From assembly GCA_030390025.1 (NCBI GenBank), contig CM059433.1, positions 27,220,001 to 27,284,000 on the forward strand: 64,000 nucleotides of DNA, given 5' to 3'. Shown piece by piece: positions 48,290 to 60,612 of the stretch (the stretch's first letter is position 1; each line of letters opens with the position of its first letter). The notes under the pieces were generated by a model. The model ran no database searches and was not told the DNA's origin. It saw nothing but the letters and a program-made list of their open reading frames with translations. The stretch comes from Squalus acanthias (Eukaryota). The position numbers and the translations under genes were made by a program.

Positions 48290-50014
48290 ATCTCATTAGA
48301 TCAGGAAACGTGAGTACAAAGCCACACTCAACTTCATCCTGCTGTGCCTCTCATCACATCCCCATCACTCTGCCTTCCCAATCCTATCCCTGCACATCCT
48401 TACTCACACTAACATAACTTGCACGTCCACCAATCCTTCTCTCTCTATCCACATTATCACATCCCCATCTCACTAGCCATTCCTTACACTCATTCCATCA
48501 CTCTTACTCAACCTTCTCTTCTTTCCCTCCTTGAAGGAAAAGAGAGCCCAAAATAAGAGGGCGAGGGGGAGAACCGTGGCCCTCCATCATTTGAAAACCT
48601 TACAATAGCAGAGGAGGCTGCTTTAGAAATATATGGAGTGGCCGAGCAGCTGGAGGGGGGAGACGGAGAGAGGGGGACATCTCAGCAACCTGGTGACAGA
48701 ATTACATATCATACATGGCATACATCAGTCACTCATATGGGGACAGGGACAGCAGTGGAGAGTCCTCGCCGGAGGGCGCAGGACGCTCCTAGCTCTGCTC
48801 AGCTGCATGAAGACACTGAGCCTCGGGGGCCATCCAGAAAAAGGATGATCCTGGAAGTGCAGGAAGAAGTGCAGGGGGGTCTGACAGATTTTGCGAGCGC
48901 ATGTCTGCAAATGTTCAGAGAATGGAAGAGTCCATCTCCAACATGAGCACCACCATGTCGCAGGCAATGGCAACTGTAGGCTCCTCCATGGATAGGATGG
49001 CCACCTAAATGGAGCAGCTAATGCGCCACTCACAGGAGCACATGGTCTCTATGGAGAATAGATGGCTATCTGTGGAGGATAGAGGCTATGTATGGAGAAT
49101 AGATGGCAGAGACTCATAGACCTCCTCTCCAGGAGGGATGTCAGCGTAGACGTGGGTCCTCATGGCCCCACTGATGTGCAGCAAGGTGCCCTCCAGCTCC
49201 TCGGCACCAGGGAAGTGAGCAGGCTGCCTCTACCTCTGCTGAAGCCACAAGGCTAGCACCTCGTAGAAGCACACGGAAGAGAAAGATGACACAAGTAGAT
49301 CCACAAGGATAGCCACTTGGGTGTTTTATCCAATGTTTTTGTAAAGTTTCCGTTAATGTGCTGTCAAACATTAAAATCTTTATTTTCAACACTTTCTGGT
49401 CTTGGACAGATTTGTGTGCACCTTTGAAAGTGGCTTAGTGAGTTGCACTCAATGGTGAGACATAACGGTACCTCCAGCAACGGTGGTGAGTGTGAAAGGA
49501 ATGGTTTTGTCATTGCAGGGATGCTTTATGGTGTTGCTGTGCGGTGGTGCCAACCTGGCACATCATTTGGCAGCCATATGGGTGTACAACATCAAGTGAA
49601 GTAAATCTGGCCATGATGGTGCCATCCCTGGCCTCTCGGGCAGCAATGTGCTTGGGTGCTGATGACCTCTGTCATGTGCAGCATCAGGTGATTGCGGAGC
49701 AGGATGGTGGTGTTGTTGTTAGTGCTGCTGGTGTGCCTGGTGCTGCTGGAGTTGGGGCTCATGGTGGTCAGATTCTGAGGACCAGGGTGAGACAGTATAA
49801 ACGGCATCCATGCTAATGGAATAGATGGCAGGTGAAGTAGAGATAACAGAAGCAATAAGTCAATGGTGAGAGAGGTTCTTCAAATGAGGTGACACTGGAT
49901 GAAGACTCTGCTGGAAAGACTGCAGCCTGTAGAATCTGTGCTGGAAATGCAGTGAGAAACAGCTTTTGCTGAGGAAAGTGATCATCTGTCAGGTGATAGC
50001 TTTTATAGTACATT

Positions 50015-50890
50015 TAAGAACATAAGAAATAAGAGCAGGAGTAGGCCATACGGCCCCTCGAGCCCGCTCCGCCATTCAATAAGATCATGGCTGATCATCA
50101 ACCTCAACTCCACTTCCCCGCCCGTTCTCCATATTCCTTGATTCCCCTAGAGTCCAAAAATCTATCTATCTCAGCCTTGAATATACTCAAAGACTCAGCA
50201 TTCACAGCGCTCTGGGGCAGAGAATTCCAAAGATTCACAACCCTCTGAGTGAAGAAATTCCTCCTCATCTCAGTCTTAAATGACCTACCCCTTATCCTGA
50301 GACTATGCCCCCTAGTTCTAGACACTCCAGCCAGGGGAAACAACCTCTCAGCATCTACCCTGTCAATCTCCTTCAGAATCTTGTATGCTTCAATGAGATC
50401 ACCTCTCATTCTTCTAAACTCCAGAGAGTATAGGCCCATTCTACACAATCTCTCATCATAGGACAGCCCTCTCATCCCAGCAATCAATCTAGTGAACCTT
50501 CGTTACACTGCCTCCAAGGCAAGTATATCCTTCCTTAGATAAGGAGACCAAAACTGTGCACAGTACTCCAGGTGTGGTCTCACCAAGGCCCTGTACAATT
50601 GCAGCAAGACTTCCTTACTCTTATACTCCAACTCCCTTACAATAAAGGCCAACATGTCATTTGCCTTCCTTATTGCTTGCTGTACCTGCATGCTAGCTTT
50701 CTGTGTTTCTTGCACGAGGACACCCAAATCTCTCTGAACACCAACATTTGAAAGTTTCTCACCATTTAAAAAGTATTCTGTTTTTCTATTCTTCCTACCA
50801 AAGTGAATAACCTCACATTTCCCTACATTATACTCCATCTGCCACCTTACTGCCCATTCACTTAGTCTACCTATATTCCTTTGCAGACTT
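50015..50890 (-). mobile_element. CR1 3' fragment inserted in Harbinger B
   Basis: RT C-terminal ORFs; flanks agtacattt / atgctgtc are contiguous in Harbinger A (~33458-33476). Confidence 0.93.
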
Positions 50891-51721
50891 TGATGCTGTC
50901 AACTAATCAGCTGGAACAATGGCCACTGAACTTCCGCCTCAGGTAGACAGACGTGGTTCCCGAGCAGCGTGTTTCCCGTGGCCATCCAGTTAAATTTAAA
51001 TGGTAAGGTTAAAACCACTCGAGGGTCTAACAACTAGCTACTAATAATTTAAATTGAGTCGCCCGCCTCTGCCGGTCGGGTCGAGTCTGCGCTGACAGAC
51101 GCGCCTGGGAGAAAGGCGCGTGGGAGCGGGATGACAGCGGGTTCCCGACCCGCTCCCAAAAATAACAACTTTCCCACCCGACCCACCTCCGATTGCACCC
51201 GCTACCACCCCGGAAAATTCCAGCCTTAGTGAGACGAGGCCGCAGATGTAGCGTTAAGTCGCTTAATTTCACAGCTAGCTGAACATACCAAACAGCCATT
51301 ATGACCAGACTCACTTAATTCAATCCATACAGTACATCCTCACATCACAATACTGTATAAACATTCCATATCAGTAGTTCATCATAATTGACTTAAATAA
51401 GATGGCTTCCAACTATCCTCCAGCATTTCTAAACTCTTCACCTGAGCGAAAGCTCTCACTGCTTTCTTTTTAAAACAACATAACTGCTCTCATAGTCTTG
51501 CTTTTTCAAAAATCCTGTCTCCTAACCTGTTTCCCAGTTTCTGTCTTGTTGTTCACAGCGATCAGAGAACATTCCAACATAGTGGGTGTGAGGTGTTTTT
51601 CTATTACCTAGATAAGCTAAAGAATTGCTTATTGTTTAATCTCTGATGAAGACAAGTTCCATTTAGCATATTAATCACATTTTGTCTAGGTCCCTTTTTA
51701 AAACTTGTGAGAGACACCAAA

Positions 51722-52200
51722 GGCTGGAATTTTCCCCTAAAAAAACGGATGGGTTTGGAGTGTGGGGGCAGTTAAAGTGTTAAAAATGGGATTCCCGACC
51801 TGATCCCGCCTCCAACCCACCCACTTCCGGTTTTGCCGGAGGCAGGCGACCAATGCACTCCCAGGGGGGCGGTACCTCAATTTAAATATTGCAATGAGGC
51901 TGGAAGCCTCTTTTTCCCCTCCATTTTGTGTTTAACTGCCTGTGGACGGGGTTCACACAATTCATGAAACATGGCAGTTAAACAGAGGCTGGGACTGCTG
52001 CATCCAGGAGATAAGTGGCTTTATACCTACCTCCTGGATCCAGGGTCCCTGCCTAACCCCCCCGCGATCGGAGACCCCACAACGAGGCCTCCAATTGCCT
52101 TCCCAGGCCTCCCCCCACCCCCTGGCCTCCCTCCTGGGTTTCCCACCCTGCCTTGGAGGCCCTCCGCCCCTAACTCGCCTCGCTTGAGAAAATTCCGGCC
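51722..52200. mobile_element. Harbinger-type MITE
   Basis: GGCTGGAATTT...AAATTCCGGCC termini like A/B; interior homologous to 2671-2810 and 4230-4480; no clear TSD. Confidence 0.75.
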
Positions 52201-52461
52201 TTTGTTTAAAAAAAACTAGGATTAAAGATAACTAAAAAAAATCCTTTCTGTGTAAAATGGTTAAAAATTCCTTAAGTATGGCAATAATAATTAAAAAAAA
52301 TATATGAACATTGTGTTAAAAATAATGGAGAGGAGTTGCAAATTACAGTTATGCTAATTTTGTGGTCAAATTAAGTGTTGATCTGAGAAGAAGCAACAAG
52401 ACTCATAAAAAAGCACGACAGTTTTCTTCAAATAGAGGTGAGTAAACCATTTAGTACTCAC

Positions 52462-52524
52462 AGGCTTACCATCTGCACCAGGTCTTCCTGGATCACCATA
52501 TTCCCCAGGTACTCCACGTTCTCC
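52462..52524 (-). CDS. COL21A1: Collagen Gly-X-Y exon (63 bp, phase 0): GERGVPGEYGDPGRPGADGKP
   Basis: tttctatag|GGA...AAG CCT|gtgagt; seven perfect Gly-X-Y triplets; corresponds to the next recalled COL21A1 segment GDPGLPGNPGYPGQPGQDGKP. Confidence 0.88.
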
Positions 52525-53518
52525 CTATAGAAAACCAAATGAAACAGTAATGTAAGCATTGTCTGAGCATGTTTTGAATCCCCTCAAACTGAGACCTTTA
52601 AGTTGTATTGTTCCATACAATGTGGTTACAAGCCTAGCTGTGGTTAGCTGAAAAATAAGATGTGTTACTCAGGAACTTACATGATTTAGGTACAGTAACC
52701 ATTTAAAATTGAAGTGTTGCTTAGAGTTAAAAGATACATGGCTTTTTTAAAAACATACTTGCATCACTTACAGATCATACAGCATAAAACTCGCAAGACA
52801 GAACATTTCACTAATAGAAAAAACATGTTTGTAGTCAACTGTGCCAAAAGGCACAAATACTGCGTTAGTTTCTTCCAGTAAAATTTGATCTGAAGTGTAA
52901 TCGTCTTTTCCAGCACAGGCAAAAAAATACAGTAACTGAATACTTAACAAACTACGGGCAGAATCCTGCAACAGAAACGTCAACAAAAATTCAGTGTTTG
53001 GATGATTTTCCAGCATTAAATCCTGCATAGCCTACACCCACATTAGTCTAAGGGATTCACTTTATGAAGTGATGTATGATGCAGAGCTCTACAGAAGTTG
53101 CCAACTTTATTTTTGTTTGCACTGCCAACATAACCATTACTTTCAAGTAACTGAATTGAAAACAAGGAACATTTTCTAACGTTCACAATATCCTGTAATA
53201 ATGACAGCGACTATAATGCATAGATTTGTAAACATTATTATTTAAAACGACTATGTCTAAACATTGGCCAGGAATTTCCTCGGAGCTTGTCCCAGCAAAG
53301 TTACAGAAGTGGAGTGAAAGCAGCTCCGAGGAAATCCACAGCACGTAACCCTAAAGTATTCACGGACAAAAGTAAAAAATAAAACATAGCTCTCTTGCTT
53401 TGTGCAATTCTTTATCTACTTTTCTCCTACTCTCTAATTATTTCTGACCCACTCTCTCTGTCTTGAACTGCCTGTCTCCCTGTTTCTTTCTGGATGTATC
53501 TTCCACAGAGCCTGGAAT

Positions 53519-54312
53519 TAGGAACATAGGAACAGGAGTAGGCAATTTAAGAACATAAGAACATAAGAAATAGGAGCAGGAGTAGGCCATACGGCCCCTC
53601 CAGCCTGCACCGCCATTCAATAAGATCATTTAGACCCTCATGCCTGTTCCGCCATTCAATTATATCATGGCTAATCTGGTAACCTCAATTCCATTTACCC
53701 GCCTTTGAGCCATATCCCTTGATACCCTTACTTAACGAAAATGTATCAATCAAGTTTTGAAATTTTCAACTGTCCCCCAGACACCACAGCCTTTTGGCGG
53801 GGGGGGGGAGAGTTTCAGATTTCCACTAACCTTTGTGTGAAAAAATGCTTCCTGATTTCACTCCTAAATGGCCTAGCTCTAATTTTAAGATTATGCCCCC
53901 TTGTTCTGGACTCCTCCACCAGAGGAAATAGTTTCTCTGTATCTACCTTATCGATTCCCTTTATCATTTTAAACACCTCAATCAGATCACCTCTCAACCT
54001 TCTGATCTCAAGGGAATGCAAGCCAAGTTTATGCAACCTGTCCTCATAACCTAGCCCTTGAAACCCTAGTATCATTCTGATGAATCTGCGCTGTACCATA
54101 TCCAAGGCCAATATATCTTTCCTGACATTCAGTACCCAAAACTGAATGCAGTACTCCAGATGAGGTCTGACTAAGGCTCTGTACAGCTGAAGCATTACAT
54201 CCTCACTTTTGTATTCCACCCCTCTTCAGATAAAGACCAACATTCCACTAGCCTTTTAAATTACTTCTTGTATCTGTGCACTAGCTTTTAATGATTTATG
54301 TACATGGACACC
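53519..54312 (-). mobile_element. CR1 3' fragment with a second ~80-bp CR1 tail (53550-53628) nested in its 3' UTR
   Basis: Two successive tails (ggaacatag and aagaacataag types). Confidence 0.85.
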
Positions 54313-54619
54313 TCAGTGTGATTTACACCGCTGTGCACCTTTTAAAAAAGTGTTACATCCGCCACTAACCTCTAGCGGGAGATACACAGAAGTTTCCTAG
54401 GTATGCCCATTTACAGTCCATTGGTACAAGCGTTGATGTGAAACCAATGCAAGCAGCTGAACCAGCAGGAAACTTCTGTGCAGTAATTTCAGCAGCACAC
54501 TGAGGACAAGAGGTTGAGGCAAGAACACTACTTGGATCTTTTATTTCTCTCTCAAATTACTTCATTGTACGTATTACCAATATTTTTATTACACTTGGAC
54601 AGAATTATGCATATTCAAA

Positions 54620-57480
54620 TGCCATCTGTGCCTAGAGGGCAGGAAGAAATGGTACCAAGCCAGAGCTGAAGAATGAACAACTTCAGACCTCCATGACTTC
54701 TACGCCCCCCTGGAGGCCACTGAAGGCAGGATGAACAGAATTCTGGGTGTGGGTGCCACCAAGTCACCCAGAATTATCACTCATGCCACCTGGACGGCAC
54801 CAGAACTGACTGCCAACACCCTCACCCCTAGGACTGCAGAGCTCTGCCACAAGAAGTTCCACATCCTCAGCAGGACAGGCAAGGCTACACATGCCCACCT
54901 CCGCCTTTTCTTGCATGCCCACCTTTTCACCCACTTAAAGTAGAACTTCCACAATGCTCCCTGGTTAAGGGATGCCTCCAACTCTCTATCCTGCACTATG
55001 GCTGTACAGTTCCACCAACATAAAACTACTACTTTGCACAAGCACAAAACCACCGCCTCTACTTTAACACAATCACACCCCCAAATCACTTTCTAAACCT
55101 CTCTCATGCCACTTGTCGCTCACTCCCTAACCACCAGCCTTATTACTTATCTCTTTTCAGGATACATTGGTGCACAATGCCCGCAAAGACAGGCCACCGG
55201 AGGGGGGTTTCCACATCTTTAAACCCCTCACCCCTTCAAAGACAAGGTCATGCAGCTCATGGCAAGGCACTAAAGGCTTTACTTTAACAGCCTCATACCC
55301 CAACATCTTCAGCTCTCACGTGCCACCTCTACCACTCCTCAATTGCTAGTCTTATCCTCATTCACTTTCTTCTTGCAGGACAAATTGGAACACAATGCCC
55401 TCCAAAGGCAGACCACCTTTAAACCCCTCACCCCCTTCGCCATGCAGCTTGTCGTCACTCACTCAGTCCTTGCAAAGTAAGCTGCAACTCGCCAGTGTCT
55501 GGTTATTAACTGAGCACCTACGCTGTTGCCCTGGCACCACACAGACAGAACCTCCCATTCCCTTTCCCTATCTCCTTAATCCCGAGGGTAAAATGCTCAT
55601 TCATTATGACCTTCTACCTTTCCTGCAGATCGACCACAGTAACAAGGAGAGGAAGATGATGATGATGAGGAGGAACTGGGTAGTTCTTTCTCCTTCGTCG
55701 CATATGATGATGATGCTGAGGACTAGTCTACATACCAATTGCAGCTGCTTCATCCTGCCCCATTTTCCTCTGCCTCAATCCTCTCCAATTTACCACCTCC
55801 TGCATTTGCTTCATTCTCCCAAGCACCAGCTCAAAGACTTACACCTGGGGGTGGGGGAGTGAGGGGCATTATGTAGTAGTAGTGAGGATGTGGCACCGGA
55901 TGAAGCACAGAGCACGAGGGAACCAGAGGAGTAACCGGAGGGGGTATGATTAAGAAGTTTGCAGATGATACTAAAATCGGCTGTGTGGTTGATACTGAAG
56001 AAGGAAGCTGTAAACTGCAGGAAGATATCAATAAATTGGTCAGATGGGCAGAACAGTGGCAAATGGAATTCAATCCGGAGAAGTGTGAGGTAATGCATTT
56101 GGGGAGGGCTAACAAGGAAAGGGAATACACATTAAATGGTAGGGCACTGAGTAGTGTAGAGGAACAAAGGGACCTTGGAGTGCATGTCCACAGATCCCTG
56201 AAGGTAGCAGGCCAGGTAGATAAGGTGGTTAAGAAGGCATACGGAATGCTTGCCTTTATTAGCCGTGACATAGAATACAAGAGCAGGGGGTTTATGCTTC
56301 AACTGTATAAAACACGAGTTAGGCCTCAGCTAGAGTACTGCGTGCAGTTCTGGTCACCATATTACAGGAAAGATGTGATTGCACGAGAGAGGGTACAGAG
56401 GAGATTTACAAGGATGTTGCCGGGAGTAGAGAATCTTAGCTATGAGGAAAGACTGGACAGGCTGGGTTTGTTTTCCTTGGAACAGAGGAGGCTGAGGGGA
56501 GACCTTATTGAGGTGTATAAAATTATGAGGGGCATAGATAAAGTGGATAGAAAGGACCTATTTCCCTTAGCAGAGGGGTCAAAAACCAGGGGGCATAGAT
56601 TTAAAGTAATTGGTGGAAGGTTTAGAGGGGATTTGAGGGGAAATTTCTTCACCCAGAGGGTTGTGGGGGTCTGGAACTCACTGCCTGAAAGGGTGGTAGA
56701 GGCAGAAACCCTAATCACATTTAAAAAGTACTTGGATGTGCACTTGGGATGCTGTAACCTGCAGGGCTACGGACCAAGAGCTGAGAAGTGGGATTAGGCT
56801 GGATAGCTCTTTGTTGGCCGGCGCGGACACAATGGACCGAAATGGCCTCCTTCCGTGCTGTAACTTTCTATGATGCTATGAGTGGGAAGTGGGGAGGATG
56901 TACCACCTTCCTAGTGGAGCTTGAGAAGGCTGCCAGTGGGTTCGGTGTCATGGAACCGAGAAGGCACGGTACTCATCTGAAAAGAATGTTTGAGGAACAT
57001 CATACCTATGTGCAGACTTTGAAGTCATTCTATGAGGATGTGCAGCAACTGACAGGTATGACACTCATACCTACAGCTGTCCATTGTGGTAACATCACAA
57101 AAGTTTTATCTTCCTTGCAGGAACCAATGGAGCAAGTGACAGCTTCATTATAATCTATAGCAGCTCCCCAGCTAAGAAATTGCCAGAGACCAGTAAGTGC
57201 CTCCATTTCCATGGAAGAAAAGACTGTAGCTATGGAAGCAATAGGGGACAGAATGGAGTGCATGAATCACAGCATCAAGACCATGGAGAAAGCTATTTCT
57301 CAGAGCCATTAGGACCAGACATCTGCCATCAGATCAGCCATCCCAGTGGAATGGCGATGGCTCAAGTCCACCTGCCTGAGGCTGCCGTCTCTCAGGACTG
57401 CGGTACATGCCAGGCCTCTGGTCTTCCTCCTCAGAGCACCATGCCAGTGGAACGTGGGAGGCGAAACAACGCTGCCTAAG
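54620..57480 (+). pseudogene. Highly decayed Myb-like Harbinger partner gene interrupted by CR1
   Basis: PRTAELCHKKF..RTGK-like segment, acceptor-like sites (cttttcag, tcttgcag, tcctgcag), acidic and coiled-coil-like remnants. Confidence 0.45.
55945..56880 (+). mobile_element. Young 5'-truncated CR1 (uninterrupted 283-aa ORF2 C-terminus)
   Basis: ORF 55946-56797 runs from KFADD to the natural stop. Confidence 0.95.
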
Positions 57481-58496
57481 GACAAGCTCCAGAGATGCAG
57501 CCAGCAGTAGTTCCCTGTCAGGAACCAGCTGCCAAGGAGATCTGGCTTTGGTATCCAATATAGACTGTATCACAGAAGAGAATCTTTCAGTGATGATATA
57601 TGATGTGACGCCTTTGCAATAAATGCTGCCTGAGACTCCTTTGCTCCATACTGTGGTGCTCTTCCTCCTCCTCCATAATCGCATACAAAGGTACGCTCAT
57701 AGGGAATGCATTACCTGCTCCTGAAAGCCCCTGACTGTGGGTAGGTGGTGAGGGGTGGGGGTCCAAAAACCTGCCAGTGTTCTGATCCTGTGAGAAGCAG
57801 TAAGAAGCAAATCCAGATGTGTGCAGGCAGAAAGGCAACAAATACTTTAAAAAGCAATTCCCAGCTGCCAAAATCTGTTTTCAAAAACTCCAGACCTTTC
57901 TGTCAGGAACTCCTCACTGTATCAACTGATATTGGCAGCTGCTGCACCTCATAAATCTCAGTCTAAATTACCCAGAGTGTGTTAGGAGTGCAAACCCAGG
58001 AAACTGGCTCTCACTCTGCAAATGAGATCACTGGTGTCTCAGAAGACATTACGGGAGGGCTCAAAAAGTACGAGGCGGCTTTCACTGAAAGTTCCTCACA
58101 ATAAAAATCCTAAGCTATTTGTAGACCGCTGCACCTCGACTTTTATATTCTATACCTCTTGCCATAAAACCCAGTTGGGCATACTGTACTGTCGGCTGTG
58201 GGCAGGTATCAAGGATGATATTGATGCCTCGACAGGGTGCTTTGGGCTGTGTCGGAGAAACTTGTTGGAGCAATTGGAAGATGAGATGGCTATGTTTATG
58301 GTTTTGAACAATTTTTCTTAATGTGTTATAATCTTATAAATTTTATTTATCGGGGTATATAGTGGCGTGGGTAATAGACTGTCATGAGGTTGTATCTTAT
58401 ATATTCAAAATAAGGAACTGAGATCAGTAATATCAGAAAGCACTTCCTCACACAAAGGGTAGTAGAAACTGGAACTCTTTCCCCCAAAAAGCTAAT

Positions 58497-59315
58497 GGGG
58501 GAAAAATTTGGTTGCTTTGCGCCTCCCGTTAGCGCACTAAGAGGGTGCTAATGGGGCGCAAAGCAACTAGCGCCCGGGCACGGCAATGTTTGCACCGCTT
58601 GCGAAATTGACCAGACATTTTGCGGCGGCGCTAAACACTACCGCCACGATCTCCTGCGCCCGCAGACTGTAATGTCAGTCGAGCGTGCAATGCCCCGGTA
58701 GCGCCCCGGACCGGATATTGAGTGGCGCCCCCTGCCTTACCGCCTGTCGCTAGCAACGACAGGTTGAGGGGAGCATTTTGCAGTCGTGAAGGGACTGGGG
58801 GAGCGCTATTTAAAGGCGACTGCTTCCTGCCCTTTTTTGTCGGTAATATTTTTGCACCACGCATTCTGAGAGAGAGAGACTTCTGGAGAGATTCAATGCT
58901 GTGTGAAGGAGTTTTGGGTACTGAGCAGCACTTTACAGGTTCATTTTGATTTGACCTTCCTTGCATCGATTTAGAAGAGACTATGGGGGCTGCACTCTGA
59001 GCTCTTTCCCTGGGCCTCTCCATTGTTCTTTCCAGCAGATTTGATGTACAGGTCTCTCCAGGCCGAGATTCAAGGCTGCAATGAGCAGGGTGTGGATGGA
59101 GAGCAAGATCGACCCTCCCCTTTAAGAACTGGCCGGCGCCAGTGTGTCTGTGTTCCATTGAGAGAGGTGTGCAGCGCCTGATTTAGCGCTCCAATCACCT
59201 CCAGGGGCGATAGAAGCCAAGTTTGCAGTCGGAGGCGATAATTAGCGCCAGGCGCTAAACTTTGCACCCGGCCGATAATTGCGCCCCAAACGGGGCAATA
59301 CCGAATTTCTCCCCC
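58497..59315. mobile_element. Non-autonomous deletion derivative (MITE) of Harbinger family 1, inserted in a CR1 tail (58430-58493 and 59316-59500)
   Basis: TIRs GGGGGAAAAATTTGGT / ACCGAATTTCTCCCCC; homologous to 1560-2026; retains the transposase start (58983) and a probable Myb start (59023, minus). Confidence 0.9.
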
Positions 59316-59564
59316 GTTGAGTGTGGGGGTCAACTGAAAATTTCAAAACTGAGATTAATAGATTTTTGTTGGGCAACAGTATTAAAGGCTACAGAACCAA
59401 GGCGGGTAGATGGAATTAAGATACAGATCAGCCAGGATCTAATTAAATGGCAGAACAGGCTCGAGGGGTTGAATGGCCTACTCCTGTTCCTATGTTCCTA
59501 GTATGTGTACAAACCATCTTGTCAAACAATACAATAAACATTCACTATAGAGCCGATTCTACAA

Positions 59565-60612
59565 TTCCATGTAAATTGTTTGCTACAGTGGACCATACCA
59601 TCCTTCTCTATCAAGGTTTCTCCATTGTCCAGCAGCCAACGCATCTCCAGCAATGTCTTAGTCTCCTACTCCTGCACTGTCATCCCTGCAATCCCCCAAA
59701 TTTCCATTCTAGCCTCCCTTCTTTCAGCTTTCACATTTACACTGACGACACCCAGCTCTACCTCTTCACCACTTCTATGCTATCAGACTGCCTATCTGAC
59801 ATCAACTTATGGATGATCCACAACCTCTTCCAATTTAGCATTGGGAAGTCTGAAGCCACCGTTTTCAGCTCCTACCATAAATTGCGCACTTTTTGCCACT
59901 GATTCCATTCCCCCTCTGTAGCCACTCAGACTATACCAGACCATGCAAATTCTTGCCATGCTGTTCGACCCTGAGCTGAGCTTGAAACCCTGCATTTTCT
60001 CCATCACTAAAAACATCTGCACAACATTGCCTGCGTTTGCCTCTGCCTTAACCTCTACTCCACTGAAGTCCTTATCCATGCTTTTGACACCACTACATTA
60101 TTGTTCTAATACCCTGTTTCCTCCACCCTCCACATACTCCAACTTGTCAAAAACACATCCATATGTATCCTGTCCTGCACTAAATCTCACTTGCAAATCA
60201 TCCCCTTCCTGTTGACCTATACTGGCACTCCATCCTCCAACATATTAAATTTAAACTCTTTGTTCTCAGTTTCAAATCCCTTCTATCTTTGCAACCTACT
60301 TTATATTCCCTCCCTCCACATCCTTCGGTTTTCTCACTCTGGTTCCCCGCCCCATTAGTGCCACAGCCTTCAGCCGTCTTGGCCTCACTTTCTGGAATTC
60401 CCTCCCAAAATTCCTCTGCCTCTCCACTTCACTTTCCTCCTTTAAAAGCTTTCTTAGACCCCATGCTTTAATTCAGGCTTTTGGTTCCTCCCCTTCCTAA
60501 TCTCTGCCTTCATGGCTCAGCCTCCATTTCTCTGTCTGTTTCCATTTGTGAAGTGCCTTGGGATTTTTGATTCTGTTAAAGCTACTATATAAGTGCAAAT
60601 TGTTGTTGATGA
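59565..60612 (+). mobile_element. Decayed L2-type LINE 3' part; smaller L2-like pieces at ~36960-37130 (-) and ~38150-38330 (+)
   Basis: FHIYTDDTQLYL motif; ends gtgaagtgccttggga...tataagtgcaaattgttgttg. Confidence 0.75.

Larger units (their letters stand above)
43411..51225. mobile_element. Harbinger B (same family as A), transposase almost entirely deleted; hosts Gypsy and CR1 insertions
   Basis: TIRs GGCCAGAATTTT / AAAATTCCAGCC; TSD TTA (43408-43410 and 51226-51228); Myb exon 1 from 43702 resumes at 48290. Confidence 0.92.

Noticed and set aside
52768..53028. 86-aa minus ORF near the collagen exon
   Set aside because: No homology or convincing splice signals; the two collagen exons already join in phase and match consecutive recalled COL21A1 sequence.
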